This document shows positions 1 through 9,340 of a DNA stretch of 50,838 nucleotides, in pieces. The stretch is from Promethearchaeota archaeon (GTDB lineage Archaea; Asgardarchaeota; Lokiarchaeia; Sigyniarchaeales; SOKP01), in contig JBHLPW010000040.1 in NCBI GenBank assembly GCA_048939015.1, positions 1 to 50,838 of the forward strand. Direction: 5' to 3'. The notes below the pieces were generated by a model. It was not told the DNA's origin, searched no databases, and was given only the letters and a program-made list of their open reading frames with translations. The first letter of the stretch is position 1, and the number at the start of each line of letters is the position of its first letter. Made by a program: the position numbers and the translations under genes.

Positions 1-78
1 AACTAAAATACTCTTTTCTTTAATATAAGAATTAAGGAATATTATTTTAAAAAAAAAATTTTATAAAAAGGAGTTAGA

Positions 79-1710
79 TTGAACGAAGAAAACCATTACT
101 GTGAAGGTAATAGATATAAATCTAATTCTCAAGTTCCATCCAAATGTATTCATTATTATAATGATTTTAGAGTTAGTAATAATAATGGAATTCTAAAAAC
201 AAATAATTCGAAATTTACTCTAAATATTAGAAAGAGTTCTTATGAGAAATACGAAGAGCTAGGAGAATCCAGAAAAGATTTAGATTTTGATATGACTCGA
301 GAAGAATTTAAAGATTTAATGGATAATAGAGGAACTATTAGACCAAGTTGGGTAAAAGTGAGATGGAGATGCATCCAATTTAACCATAAGTGGTATGCAA
401 TATATCATAATATAAAGAATGGTACAGGATGTCCCCATTGTCCAAGGAATAATGCGATAAATTATGAGGATTATATGGCCTTAGGGAATTCTAGGGAAGA
501 TTTAAACTTTAACATGACGAAGGATGAATTTTATAAAGCTATTGATAAGAGAGGAAATAAAAATCCAAGTGATGTACAACTAAGTTGGAGATGTATTTCA
601 AGAAATCATATTTGGTCTGCTAGTTATAATGCTATAAGGCAAGGTAATGGTTGTAATAAATGTCCTAAAGGAGTAAATGTAATAGATTATCAAACTTGTG
701 TTGATTTAAGTGCTTCCAGGAATGATATTGTGTTTGACATGAATCAGGAAGAATTTGAAGCGGTAATTGAAAAGAGAGGACTAATTAAACCAAGTTATGT
801 TAAGTTAAGATGGAAATGTATAAAATATGGTCATAAATGGTGGGCAAGTTATCACAATATATATATGGGAAAAGGATGTGTGTTTTGTTTTAAAACTTCA
901 TATGAAAAATGCATTGAATTAGGTGATTCAAGAGAGGATTTAAGTTTTCATATGAATAGATTGGAATTTAACAAAATCATGGGAAAAAAAGGTAATAAAA
1001 CCCCTAATACAGTTCTCTTAAAGTGGAGGTGTTTAAATGAATCAAATCATATATGGTGGGCAAGTTTTAATGGAATTGATGGGGGAAACGGTTGTCCTCT
1101 TTGTGGGGAACGAACAAGGGTGATTGGAGAACAATTACATTATATACTTCAATATCTCAACAATAAATATTTCGAAATTAAAAAATGCCCTATAAAAATT
1201 GAAGGAGAAGTTGATCCAAATAGAAAATTTCGTGCAGATATTCTTATTGATCGAAATCTCGAATTTTTAACAAAAATTGAAAGATTCCAACAGGTTATCC
1301 CAATTCCAAATATTATAAAAAAAATTTCAGTTGATTTTACATTTTCATTAGATCCAATAAAAATTTTAGAAAAATGTTTTAAAAAATATCAAAGTAAAGA
1401 ACGATTTTTAATAATAGTACTACTGCAAGAACAAAAAGGCCGTAATAAGGAAAAGTTTAATAAATTAATAAATAAATCTAATTCCATCAAAATGAAAGAC
1501 CATATACTTGTTATAAACTTCGATGATTATTTAAAATTAATTAACTTAATCCCAAATATTCAGAATTGGAGAAATTTCTCAGATTTGGAAAAGAAAATTC
1601 TCTCTAAATTTCAATGGGCAATCGAAAATGGCATGAAAGCCATAAAATCAGATTTATCACTGGATAAATTAATAGAAACAGCAAAATTTTTAAGAAAATT
1701 TTCAGAATAA
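79..1710 (+). CDS. Protein with four tandem zinc-ribbon (DUF4379/treble-clef-like) repeats and a putative C-terminal PD-(D/E)XK-like nuclease domain
   Basis: 543-aa ORF, TTG start after GGAG. Four ~71-75 aa repeats W-R/K-C-x4-5-H-x-W-x-A...G-C-x2-C. C-terminal KFRADILIDR...ISVDFT resembles a restriction-endonuclease-fold core (inference). Confidence 0.7.
   Translation: MNEENHYCEGNRYKSNSQVPSKCIHYYNDFRVSNNNGILKTNNSKFTLNIRKSSYEKYEELGESRKDLDFDMTREEFKDLMDNRGTIRPSWVKVRWRCIQFNHKWYAIYHNIKNGTGCPHCPRNNAINYEDYMALGNSREDLNFNMTKDEFYKAIDKRGNKNPSDVQLSWRCISRNHIWSASYNAIRQGNGCNKCPKGVNVIDYQTCVDLSASRNDIVFDMNQEEFEAVIEKRGLIKPSYVKLRWKCIKYGHKWWASYHNIYMGKGCVFCFKTSYEKCIELGDSREDLSFHMNRLEFNKIMGKKGNKTPNTVLLKWRCLNESNHIWWASFNGIDGGNGCPLCGERTRVIGEQLHYILQYLNNKYFEIKKCPIKIEGEVDPNRKFRADILIDRNLEFLTKIERFQQVIPIPNIIKKISVDFTFSLDPIKILEKCFKKYQSKERFLIIVLLQEQKGRNKEKFNKLINKSNSIKMKDHILVINFDDYLKLINLIPNIQNWRNFSDLEKKILSKFQWAIENGMKAIKSDLSLDKLIETAKFLRKFSE
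238..1104 (+). repeat. Four degenerate coding tandem repeats, units starting ~238, 460, 685, 898 (periods 222, 225, 213 nt)
   Basis: Units begin SYEKYEELGESRKDLDFDM / NYEDYMALGNSREDLNFNM / DYQTCVDLSASRNDIVFDM / SYEKCIELGDSREDLSFHM and each ends in GxGCxxC. Confidence 0.9.
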
Positions 1711-1873
1711 GTCAATGATTCTTAAAATCTCTCAGTACAATAAGAAAAATTCTTTAAATCTATTTTAACAAAATTGTTTTAAATAAATATATAATTAAAT
1801 AGTTTTTTACTTAATTCTTCTTCAATAAATATAATTAAATCAAATTTTAGATGAAAAATTAGGATATAGTAAT

Positions 1874-3142
1874 GTGAAAAAAATGACAAAAAAAGTTGGA
1901 ATTATCGGAATAGGAATTACACCCTTTCGAGCAAGATATTTGGATAAAACATACTTTGAACTTGCTTATGATGCTACAAAACTAGCGCTTGATGACGCAA
2001 ACAAGAATGGAGCGGAGATTTCGCATAAAGATCTTGAGTCAACGGTTTATGGGATATACAATGAGCTTTTTGAGCGTCAATTCATGCCGGATATCTTTAC
2101 AAATAGTTATTTAGGAATGAATAATAAGCCTGGTACAAGAGTAGCAACAGGTGGTGCCACTGGAGGTTATACTGTTCGAATAGCATATGCTGAAGTTGCT
2201 TCGGGATTGAGTGATCTGTGCCTATGTATAGGTCTTGAAAAATGCAACGATTGCTATGATGAACAAACAGGTACTACTACACCTGAAGTTCTTAACGCCA
2301 TTGCATATTCAGCAGATATGACTTATGAATATCCAATGGGTATGATGGCGGCTAGTTCTTATGTATCGATGGTCAATGCACATTATGAGGAATTTGGGAA
2401 TCCAACCGAAGAACAAATGGCTTACGTAAGTGTTAAAAATCATGGAAATGCTATATTAAATCCTAAGGCCCAATCCCCTATGAAGGTAACAGTAGAAGAA
2501 GTCATGAATTCTAGGATAATATGTCATCCTTTTAAAATGTTAGATTGTTGTTTATATTCAGAGGCATCAGCTGCATTGATTTTAGCAAGCGAAGATAAAG
2601 TAAAAGAATTAAAGATTGAAAATCCAATTTGGATTACAGGAGTTGCAGCTGCCAATACAGATTGTTTTATCGGCAATAGAGAAGATATGGGAAGGCTTTA
2701 TTCAAATATTTATGCTGCAAAAGCAGCGTATAAAATGGCTGGACTAGATTATAATAAAATTAAAAATCAAATAGATTTAGCAGAATTACATGATGCATTT
2801 AGTGGACAGGAAGTTATTAGTTATGAAGAACTTGGGTTTGTGCCATTTGGAGAAGGTGGTCCTTGGATCGAAAATTCTTATGAAAAACAAGGAGAGGGTC
2901 CATGGTTAGAAGGGGAACTTCCTTGTTGTCCTTCTGGAGGGTTAATAGGTTGTGGGCATGCTGTAGGTGCCACAGGAATTATGAGTACTGGAGAAGCTGC
3001 AATTCAATTAAGAGGTGATGCAGGAAAACATCAAGTACACATAGAAAAAGGGCGCGCAATTTCACATTCTATAGGAGGACCTGGAGCCGCATATGCGGCT
3101 ATAATAGTAATGACAAATGAGGAGGGGTTAAAAAAACCATGA
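1874..3142 (+). CDS. SCP-x/thiolase-fold protein lacking the catalytic Cys (putative aldolase-type)
   Basis: Thiolase motifs KNHGNA.NP.AQ, LDCC..S..SAA, AELHDAF, GGLIGCGHAVGATG. RVATGGATGG stands where canonical thiolases have ACASG. GTG start at 1874 (ATG 1883 alternative). Confidence 0.85.
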   Translation: MKKMTKKVGIIGIGITPFRARYLDKTYFELAYDATKLALDDANKNGAEISHKDLESTVYGIYNELFERQFMPDIFTNSYLGMNNKPGTRVATGGATGGYTVRIAYAEVASGLSDLCLCIGLEKCNDCYDEQTGTTTPEVLNAIAYSADMTYEYPMGMMAASSYVSMVNAHYEEFGNPTEEQMAYVSVKNHGNAILNPKAQSPMKVTVEEVMNSRIICHPFKMLDCCLYSEASAALILASEDKVKELKIENPIWITGVAAANTDCFIGNREDMGRLYSNIYAAKAAYKMAGLDYNKIKNQIDLAELHDAFSGQEVISYEELGFVPFGEGGPWIENSYEKQGEGPWLEGELPCCPSGGLIGCGHAVGATGIMSTGEAAIQLRGDAGKHQVHIEKGRAISHSIGGPGAAYAAIIVMTNEEGLKKP

Positions 3143-3633
3143 ATCAAGAATTTCAAGACCATCAAATAAGAGATTTCATCAAAATTAATTATAAATACAC
3201 CATGGGGGGTCAATCCAAATTTTTTATTGAGTTAATGAAGAACAAAAAGATATTAGGTACGAAATGTACCAAATGTGGAAAAACATGGATGCCTCCTAGA
3301 ATTAATTGTTCTGATTGTTATGAACCAGCAGATTGGGTAGAACTTAAGCAAACTGGAACGATCGAGGTTAGTACGATAGTTTGGTATACAACTTCAGCTT
3401 TTATCAAAGCAATACCTTACGGTGTAGGCTTTATAAAACTTGATGGCGCAGAAACAGCTTTACTTCAAGGTATATTCTCTGAAAATTTAGTCCCTTCAAA
3501 AATAAAAAAGGGGAAGAAAGTTAAAGCAGTTTTTAACAAAGAAAGGGAAGGGAAAATGACGGATTTCTTCTTTGTGCCTGAAGATGAGTATGAAAATTGG
3601 ATTTCAAAACCAGAATACGAAGGAGGGAAGTAA
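3139..3633 (+). CDS. DUF35-family Zn-ribbon/OB-fold protein (ChsH2-like thiolase/aldolase partner)
   Basis: GTKCTKCG...PPR.NCSDC followed by an OB fold (PYGVGFIKLDG). ATGA overlap with the upstream thiolase gene. Confidence 0.9.
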   Translation: MNQEFQDHQIRDFIKINYKYTMGGQSKFFIELMKNKKILGTKCTKCGKTWMPPRINCSDCYEPADWVELKQTGTIEVSTIVWYTTSAFIKAIPYGVGFIKLDGAETALLQGIFSENLVPSKIKKGKKVKAVFNKEREGKMTDFFFVPEDEYENWISKPEYEGGK

Positions 3634-3635
3634 AA

Positions 3636-4007
3636 ATGGGAATTGCTTATGAAAATTTAAAAAAAATTGTAGATAAGCTAAACAAAAATCCAAAAGCTCA
3701 AGCTGTATTTGTAACTAATATTGCTGGAAAGGATGTGGATTGGGAAATGTCCTTTCAATTTAATCTTGATAATCAAGATACTTTCTTTTTAGAAATCAAA
3801 AATCGCAAAGCAATATTATCCAGTGGAACCTTAACTGATGCAGGTATATTAATGTCAGGACTTCCAATAGCTATCGTAAGAATTTGCGAGGGTAAAGGAG
3901 ATTTTACTCATGCTATCTCAAGAGAGCAAATAACTGTTGAAAATGGAAAAGTTATGGATGTCATTCGTCTTACAAGAGCAATAACAACAGTATTAAAATC
4001 TAAATAA
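3636..4007 (+). CDS. SCP2 sterol/lipid-binding domain protein
   Basis: FQFNL..QDTFFLEIK, G..DFTHAI...ITVENG pattern of the SCP2 fold. Start moved to ATG 3636, just after the DUF35 stop and a GGAGG site. Confidence 0.7.
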   Translation: MGIAYENLKKIVDKLNKNPKAQAVFVTNIAGKDVDWEMSFQFNLDNQDTFFLEIKNRKAILSSGTLTDAGILMSGLPIAIVRICEGKGDFTHAISREQITVENGKVMDVIRLTRAITTVLKSK

Positions 4008-4101
4008 TTTATTTATTATTTTTTATATTTTGTAGCTTCATACCTAAATTCTATATTTATTTTGGGATAAATTTAAAAATTGAAAAACTATTCTGATTCT
4101 T

Positions 4102-4674
4102 ATGTGCTTTTACATAACGACAACCTTACCAGAAAGTACTGATATTGAATCAATAAGAAATATATTTGATCGATATAATATGGCGTTTTCTCTAATCAAT
4201 AATGATAATTTAACTCCTCAGTTTCGACCAGGTGAGCTTTATTTTCGAGCAACTAAAGATTTTTGCGATTGCGACACGTCTTTAGGGATTTTAAATAGAG
4301 AACAAGAATATCAGGAGTTATTGAATTCTAAGAAGGTTAAAAATCTAAGAAGAAAGAAATGGACTGAGGCTGAGATTGATGATTGGATTAAAAAGAAGTT
4401 GCAGAAGAAACCTCCACGTATTAAACAGTCAATAACGGAACGTGATATACAATTAGATACAGAAAGATGGATCAATTTTATTTTCGATATTTTAAATTCA
4501 AAAAAAGTTTCCCGAATTGGTATCCTTAAACATTGGTATAATTATGGAATACAAGAAGAGGAGATTAATCTTAAAAGAACTGAAAAATTCTATTTAGATG
4601 AGATTAAATCTGAGCTATTATTAAATCTGGAAGAAGATGTATTATATGAGTTTTTTCTGCGCTATGAATACTAA
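4102..4674 (+). CDS. Hypothetical protein with N-terminal MC and internal CDC motif (possible metal binding)
   Basis: 190-aa ORF; MCFYIT...RATKDFCDCDTSLG. Confidence 0.6.
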   Translation: MCFYITTTLPESTDIESIRNIFDRYNMAFSLINNDNLTPQFRPGELYFRATKDFCDCDTSLGILNREQEYQELLNSKKVKNLRRKKWTEAEIDDWIKKKLQKKPPRIKQSITERDIQLDTERWINFIFDILNSKKVSRIGILKHWYNYGIQEEEINLKRTEKFYLDEIKSELLLNLEEDVLYEFFLRYEY

Positions 4675-4711
4675 TAGTTGAAAAAAGATATTGATAATTT
4701 TTTTTAAGGAT

Positions 4712-6523
4712 TTATAATGGCTGTTTAATATGGTCAGGTTGCCAATCTAAGCTTTGATGTTCAAAATATTGTTTATACAACATCCCATATTTCCCTCCCT
4801 TGGCAAGTAGAGACTCATGAGTACCTTCTTCAATGATTCTTCCTTGATCCATTACAATAATTCGGTCAGCATTTAAGATAGTAGACAATCGATGCGCTAT
4901 TATTATTGAGGTTCTATCAGTTAATAATACATCAAGAGCCTCTTGAATTATCGCTTCTGTATACGCATCTACACTTGAAGTAGCTTCATCTAAAATAAGT
5001 ATTTTGGGATCCATTAAAAGTGCTCGAGCGAAGCTAATTAGTTGTTTTTGTCCAGCGGAAAGACCTCTCCCCCTTTCTCCTATTTGAGTCTGTAAACCAT
5101 ATGGTAAATATTCAATAAGCTCTTCAGCATGCACAGCTCTAATTGCATCCTGAAGATCTTCTTCCGAGGCATCTCTTCGACCGTAACGAATATTTTCCTC
5201 TAGAGTACCAGTAAATAAAAACACATCTTGTTGAACGATTCCCATATTTCTCCTATAAGAATCCAATTTTATGTTTCTAATATCCATACCATCAATTCTA
5301 ATAATACCTCCTTGAAATTCGTAATAACGTGAAAGTAGCTTTACTAAGCTTGACTTTCCAGCACCAGTATGGCCAACAATCGCCAATTTTTCACCTTTTT
5401 CTATTTTCAGATTTAAACCTTGAAAAACCCACTCCCCTTCTTTATAATAAAAGTCAACGTCTTCAAAAATAATTTCTCCCTTTAATTTATCAATTTCTAA
5501 ACTTTGTGAGTTTTGTTTTACTTTGGGTTCAGAATCGAGAATATCAAGGATACGTTCATAAGCTGCCATGCCCGAACTAAGTTGAGGAAAAAATAAAGCA
5601 ACAGCCATAATAGGACGGAAAAATCTCTGGAGATAGAGTATATACATAAAAATTGTTCCTGGATTAGTTATTCCTTGAAGGACAAATCGACCACCAATAT
5701 ATACAATCACTATTAATGTAATTCCAGAAACCATCTCAAGCAAGGGTCGCCACATATGAGTTGTTGCTGTTAATCTAAATCCTGTCTTAAAATACTCTTT
5801 ATTAGTTTTATCAAACTGTTCAGAAACAACAGCTTCTTGTCCGTAACTTTTACAGACATGAATCCCTTCAATAGCCTCTACCATGGCAGCATTCACATTT
5901 CCGATTGATCTTCTATAAGCCCTACTAACTCTTCTCGCAAGTTTCCTTAGAGAAATCATCAATAGTAAGATAATAGGAATAGAAATTAAAGTAATAAGAG
6001 CTAGTGTAAGGTTTAACCACAAAAGAATTCCAAATGTTAATATGCATATTAAGAAACTCCCTACTGTATCTGTTATTAATATGGTTGTGTTTCCGAAATC
6101 TAATGCATCATTTGAAACCCTAGTATTTAATCTCCCACTTTCAAATTTATCGAAAAAACTCATATCTTGTTCATGTAATTTATCGAAAATATCCATACGG
6201 AGCTTATCAAGAAAAAATGGAGCAAATTTCCCAATTTGTCTTCTTTGCAAGTAAAACATTATCCATATAATTACAGATAATAAAAGGTAAGCAAGAGCGG
6301 AAAAATCAATTAGTAAAATATTACGATTTACTTTAGATAATTCATCAACTGTATAACCAACTAAAAGAGGATTAACAATCTCAGCAATAGTTGAAATAAG
6401 AACAAATAATGAAATAAGAATAATATTTTTTTTAAAAGGAGCAACTCGTTTTATATATCTAATAAATAATTCACGATCAGAATACTTTCTTATAGTTTGG
6501 TCGCTATATATCCCAGAATACAT
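4712..6523 (-). CDS. ABC exporter half-transporter (TMD+NBD), subunit with consensus Walker B
   Basis: N-terminal TM helices; Walker A GHTGAGKS; signature LSAGQKQ; Walker B ILDEATSSVD; H-loop IAHRLST. Confidence 0.92.
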   Translation of the reverse strand: MYSGIYSDQTIRKYSDRELFIRYIKRVAPFKKNIILISLFVLISTIAEIVNPLLVGYTVDELSKVNRNILLIDFSALAYLLLSVIIWIMFYLQRRQIGKFAPFFLDKLRMDIFDKLHEQDMSFFDKFESGRLNTRVSNDALDFGNTTILITDTVGSFLICILTFGILLWLNLTLALITLISIPIILLLMISLRKLARRVSRAYRRSIGNVNAAMVEAIEGIHVCKSYGQEAVVSEQFDKTNKEYFKTGFRLTATTHMWRPLLEMVSGITLIVIVYIGGRFVLQGITNPGTIFMYILYLQRFFRPIMAVALFFPQLSSGMAAYERILDILDSEPKVKQNSQSLEIDKLKGEIIFEDVDFYYKEGEWVFQGLNLKIEKGEKLAIVGHTGAGKSSLVKLLSRYYEFQGGIIRIDGMDIRNIKLDSYRRNMGIVQQDVFLFTGTLEENIRYGRRDASEEDLQDAIRAVHAEELIEYLPYGLQTQIGERGRGLSAGQKQLISFARALLMDPKILILDEATSSVDAYTEAIIQEALDVLLTDRTSIIIAHRLSTILNADRIIVMDQGRIIEEGTHESLLAKGGKYGMLYKQYFEHQSLDWQPDHIKQPL

Positions 6524-6525
6524 TC

Positions 6526-8319
6526 CTATTTTTGCACCTCAAAAATCTTTTTAATTTTTAATTCTGGTAATATAATATGCTTCCCAAAAATACGTCTATA
6601 ATCTTCGGAACTTTGAATTAATCTATTGTGATTACCCTCTGCTACGATTTTTCCCTTCTTAAGTACAATTATTTTATCAGAAGAACGAATTGTATGTAAA
6701 CGATGAGTAATAATTAATGTAGTTCTATTCTCCAAAATGTTTTCCATAGCAAGGCCTATTTTTTCTTCTGTTTCGCTATCTACAGCAGACACAGAATCAT
6801 CCAGAATAATTATTTCAGGGTTTGTTAAAAAAGCTCGAGCAATCGCTACTCGTTGCTTTTCTCCACCAGAGAGGCGTGTACCTCTTTCACCTACAACTGT
6901 TTCGTATTTTTTAGGAAACTTTTGTACAAACTCATCTACTTGGGCTAATTTTGCAACTTCAATTATATCTTTTTGTGTTGCATTTTGTCTTCCAAAAGCA
7001 ATGTTTTCATTTATAGTTCGTGAAAATAAATAGATATCCTGCTCAATATAACCTATATGTCTTCTTAATAATTGAAGAGGGTAGTCTTGAATGTTTATAC
7101 CATCTATAAGTATATTTCCTTCTTGTGGATCGTAAAGGCGTAAGAGTAACTTAACAAGAGTAGTCTTTCCACAACCAGTTGGACCTACAAGAGCTACTCT
7201 TTGGTATGGTTCAATTGTAAAGGTCACATTTTTAAGAATTAGGGGATTTTTTTCATATCTGTTCTTATAGGTAAATGAAACATTTTTGAATTCGATTTTA
7301 CCCTTAATATTATCAGGCCATTCAATAACGCTCTCATTGCTGTATTCACTTTCTTCTCTTAAAAGAGAATTATATAAACGTGAACAGGCTGCAAAACCAC
7401 TCATCATGTCATTTGTAGCCCAAAAAATAGTATTCGTAGGATCTATAAGCGTAATTAAAAGTAGATTTATTGAAACCAATTCACCAATAGTCAAAGTATT
7501 TTGGAAAACAAATAGACAGCTAATTAAAAATGTTGTCCCTATTACTATATATAAAACCAGCATAGGATAGTATTTAGATTGCACTTTAGTTTCCCCAATC
7601 CAATTATCTCTAAAAGCATATACAGCTTTACTAAACTTTTTCCGTTCCAATTTCTCTGCTGTAAAAGCTTTAACAACTGCAGCACCAGTAATACTATCTT
7701 GTAAAACTGTCGCCAATTTTGAATGTTTTCTTAATCGTGCTGAAGCATAAGGCGAAATTTTTCTACGGTAATATAATATAAAATAAATGTATAAAATTAT
7801 GAATGGAAAAGTGATTAAAGCTAATCTAAAATCAAGAAACTCAAACAATAAAATCATGGTTATTACAACTTGAAAAAAGGGATAAATATAAAAACTACCG
7901 TGTGAAACCATTGTATTAATAACACGTAAATCATTAGTTGCTAAAGCTTGTAGATCTCCAGTTCGAGCATCATCATAATATCGTAATGGCTTTAGTTGAA
8001 TAGAATCAAAAAACTCTTTTCTCATATTCTGCTCAGTTTTTAAACCAAGATTGTGTCCTAACATCATGGTTACATAATCCATAATATTGCGGAAAAGATA
8101 GAGAGAAAATCCTATTGAAACCATTATTATTAAATTAGTTTCATCTTGCATCAATATCAAATTATTAATGATTGTTCCAAGAACAACAGGAATAAGAGTT
8201 CTCGTTAATGTAAGGATAATAATTCCTATTATGACAGAAAAGACTAAATATTTTTGCTTATAGAGATGGGATGAAAACCATCTTTTATAACTCTTATATT
8301 TTCTATTAATTAAATTCAT
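6526..8319 (-). CDS. ABC exporter half-transporter (TMD+NBD), subunit with degenerate Walker B
   Basis: Walker A GPTGCGKT; LSGGEKQR; Walker B ILDDSVSAVD (E>D). Lies 2 nt from its partner gene, the layout of TM287/288-type heterodimers. Confidence 0.92.
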   Translation of the reverse strand: MNLINRKYKSYKRWFSSHLYKQKYLVFSVIIGIIILTLTRTLIPVVLGTIINNLILMQDETNLIIMVSIGFSLYLFRNIMDYVTMMLGHNLGLKTEQNMRKEFFDSIQLKPLRYYDDARTGDLQALATNDLRVINTMVSHGSFYIYPFFQVVITMILLFEFLDFRLALITFPFIILYIYFILYYRRKISPYASARLRKHSKLATVLQDSITGAAVVKAFTAEKLERKKFSKAVYAFRDNWIGETKVQSKYYPMLVLYIVIGTTFLISCLFVFQNTLTIGELVSINLLLITLIDPTNTIFWATNDMMSGFAACSRLYNSLLREESEYSNESVIEWPDNIKGKIEFKNVSFTYKNRYEKNPLILKNVTFTIEPYQRVALVGPTGCGKTTLVKLLLRLYDPQEGNILIDGINIQDYPLQLLRRHIGYIEQDIYLFSRTINENIAFGRQNATQKDIIEVAKLAQVDEFVQKFPKKYETVVGERGTRLSGGEKQRVAIARAFLTNPEIIILDDSVSAVDSETEEKIGLAMENILENRTTLIITHRLHTIRSSDKIIVLKKGKIVAEGNHNRLIQSSEDYRRIFGKHIILPELKIKKIFEVQK

Positions 8320-8414
8320 GAATTAATATTTAATGTATATTCTATTAATGTAATATTCATTTGATCCATTAAATATGATATATTAATCTTTTTATCAGAA
8401 TTAAGTTTTGTAAA

Positions 8415-9254
8415 ATGAAGACTAAGGTTTATATAATTCAAAGACAGATTCAAGAAACAACACAAGATCTCATATTAAGAACACTCAGACTTATTCCCTT
8501 ATATAATTTGATTACAAATTCAGAAAAGAAAATCCTAATAAATCCGAATTGGGTAACCTCAGATCATTTTAGCACAGGAAATATAACTTCAACAGACACA
8601 TTGGAAGGAATAGTAATGTATCTAATCCAGGATTCTAAAGTCGATCCTGAAAAGATTATTGTAGCAGATGGTGGTTCTTTTGGGCTTTCTGAAAAATTCT
8701 TTGAACTCAATGAAATTTATCGATTAGTAGACTATGGAATTAAAATAATGAATTTGAATGATGATGAGGTTATTAACGATATTGAAATATCTAATCCTTT
8801 ATCTCTAAAAACAATAAACATTGTAAAAACAGCTATGGATGCCAGTTGTATTATATCTGTACCTTCATTGAAAACTCATAATTTGGCAAAAACAACATTA
8901 AGTATGAAAAATATAATGGGAACTATTATGCCGAAAAGTATAATGCACTCTAATCTACATAAAAAAATTGCAGATTTGGTTTCTGTCCTGCGATCAAAAA
9001 TGAAGTTTCAAATCATTGATGGAATTATTGGATCAGATGGATGGGAACTCGGAGGTAAACCAATTCAAATGGATTTAATTATAGCAGGAGAAGATCCTGT
9101 AGCTGTAGATACAGTAGGGAGTGCTATAATAGGATATGGGGTTGATAAGGTGAAATATTTAAAGTATGGAGTAGATAAACAACTAGGCACAGCAAATTTA
9201 GATGATATTGAAATAATTGGTAAATCAATTGAGGAAGTTTTCCACAAATTTTAG
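8415..9254 (+). CDS. DUF362 family protein
   Basis: INPNWV, IIVADG, ISVPSLKTH..AKTTLSMKNIMG, IIDGIIG..G...G, DPVAVD motifs. Confidence 0.85.
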   Translation: MKTKVYIIQRQIQETTQDLILRTLRLIPLYNLITNSEKKILINPNWVTSDHFSTGNITSTDTLEGIVMYLIQDSKVDPEKIIVADGGSFGLSEKFFELNEIYRLVDYGIKIMNLNDDEVINDIEISNPLSLKTINIVKTAMDASCIISVPSLKTHNLAKTTLSMKNIMGTIMPKSIMHSNLHKKIADLVSVLRSKMKFQIIDGIIGSDGWELGGKPIQMDLIIAGEDPVAVDTVGSAIIGYGVDKVKYLKYGVDKQLGTANLDDIEIIGKSIEEVFHKF

Positions 9255-9340
9255 CCATTTATTTAACTTTTTCATATCATACAATTTTATTTAGATGAAA
9301 GATTATAGAGATTAAGCTAATTAATGATAAAATCATTAAA

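Noticed and set aside
238-1104. CRISPR-like or non-coding repeat array
   Set aside because: The repeats are in frame, degenerate at DNA level and conserved at protein level.
1782-1840. Direct repeat AATAAAT(AT)ATAATTAAAT upstream of the first thiolase
   Set aside because: Pure A/T sequence in an AT-rich spacer; cannot be distinguished from chance or tandem TATA-like elements.
3597-3635. ORF-track start of the SCP2 gene at 3597
   Set aside because: It overlaps the DUF35 gene; the GGAGG site supports ATG 3636.
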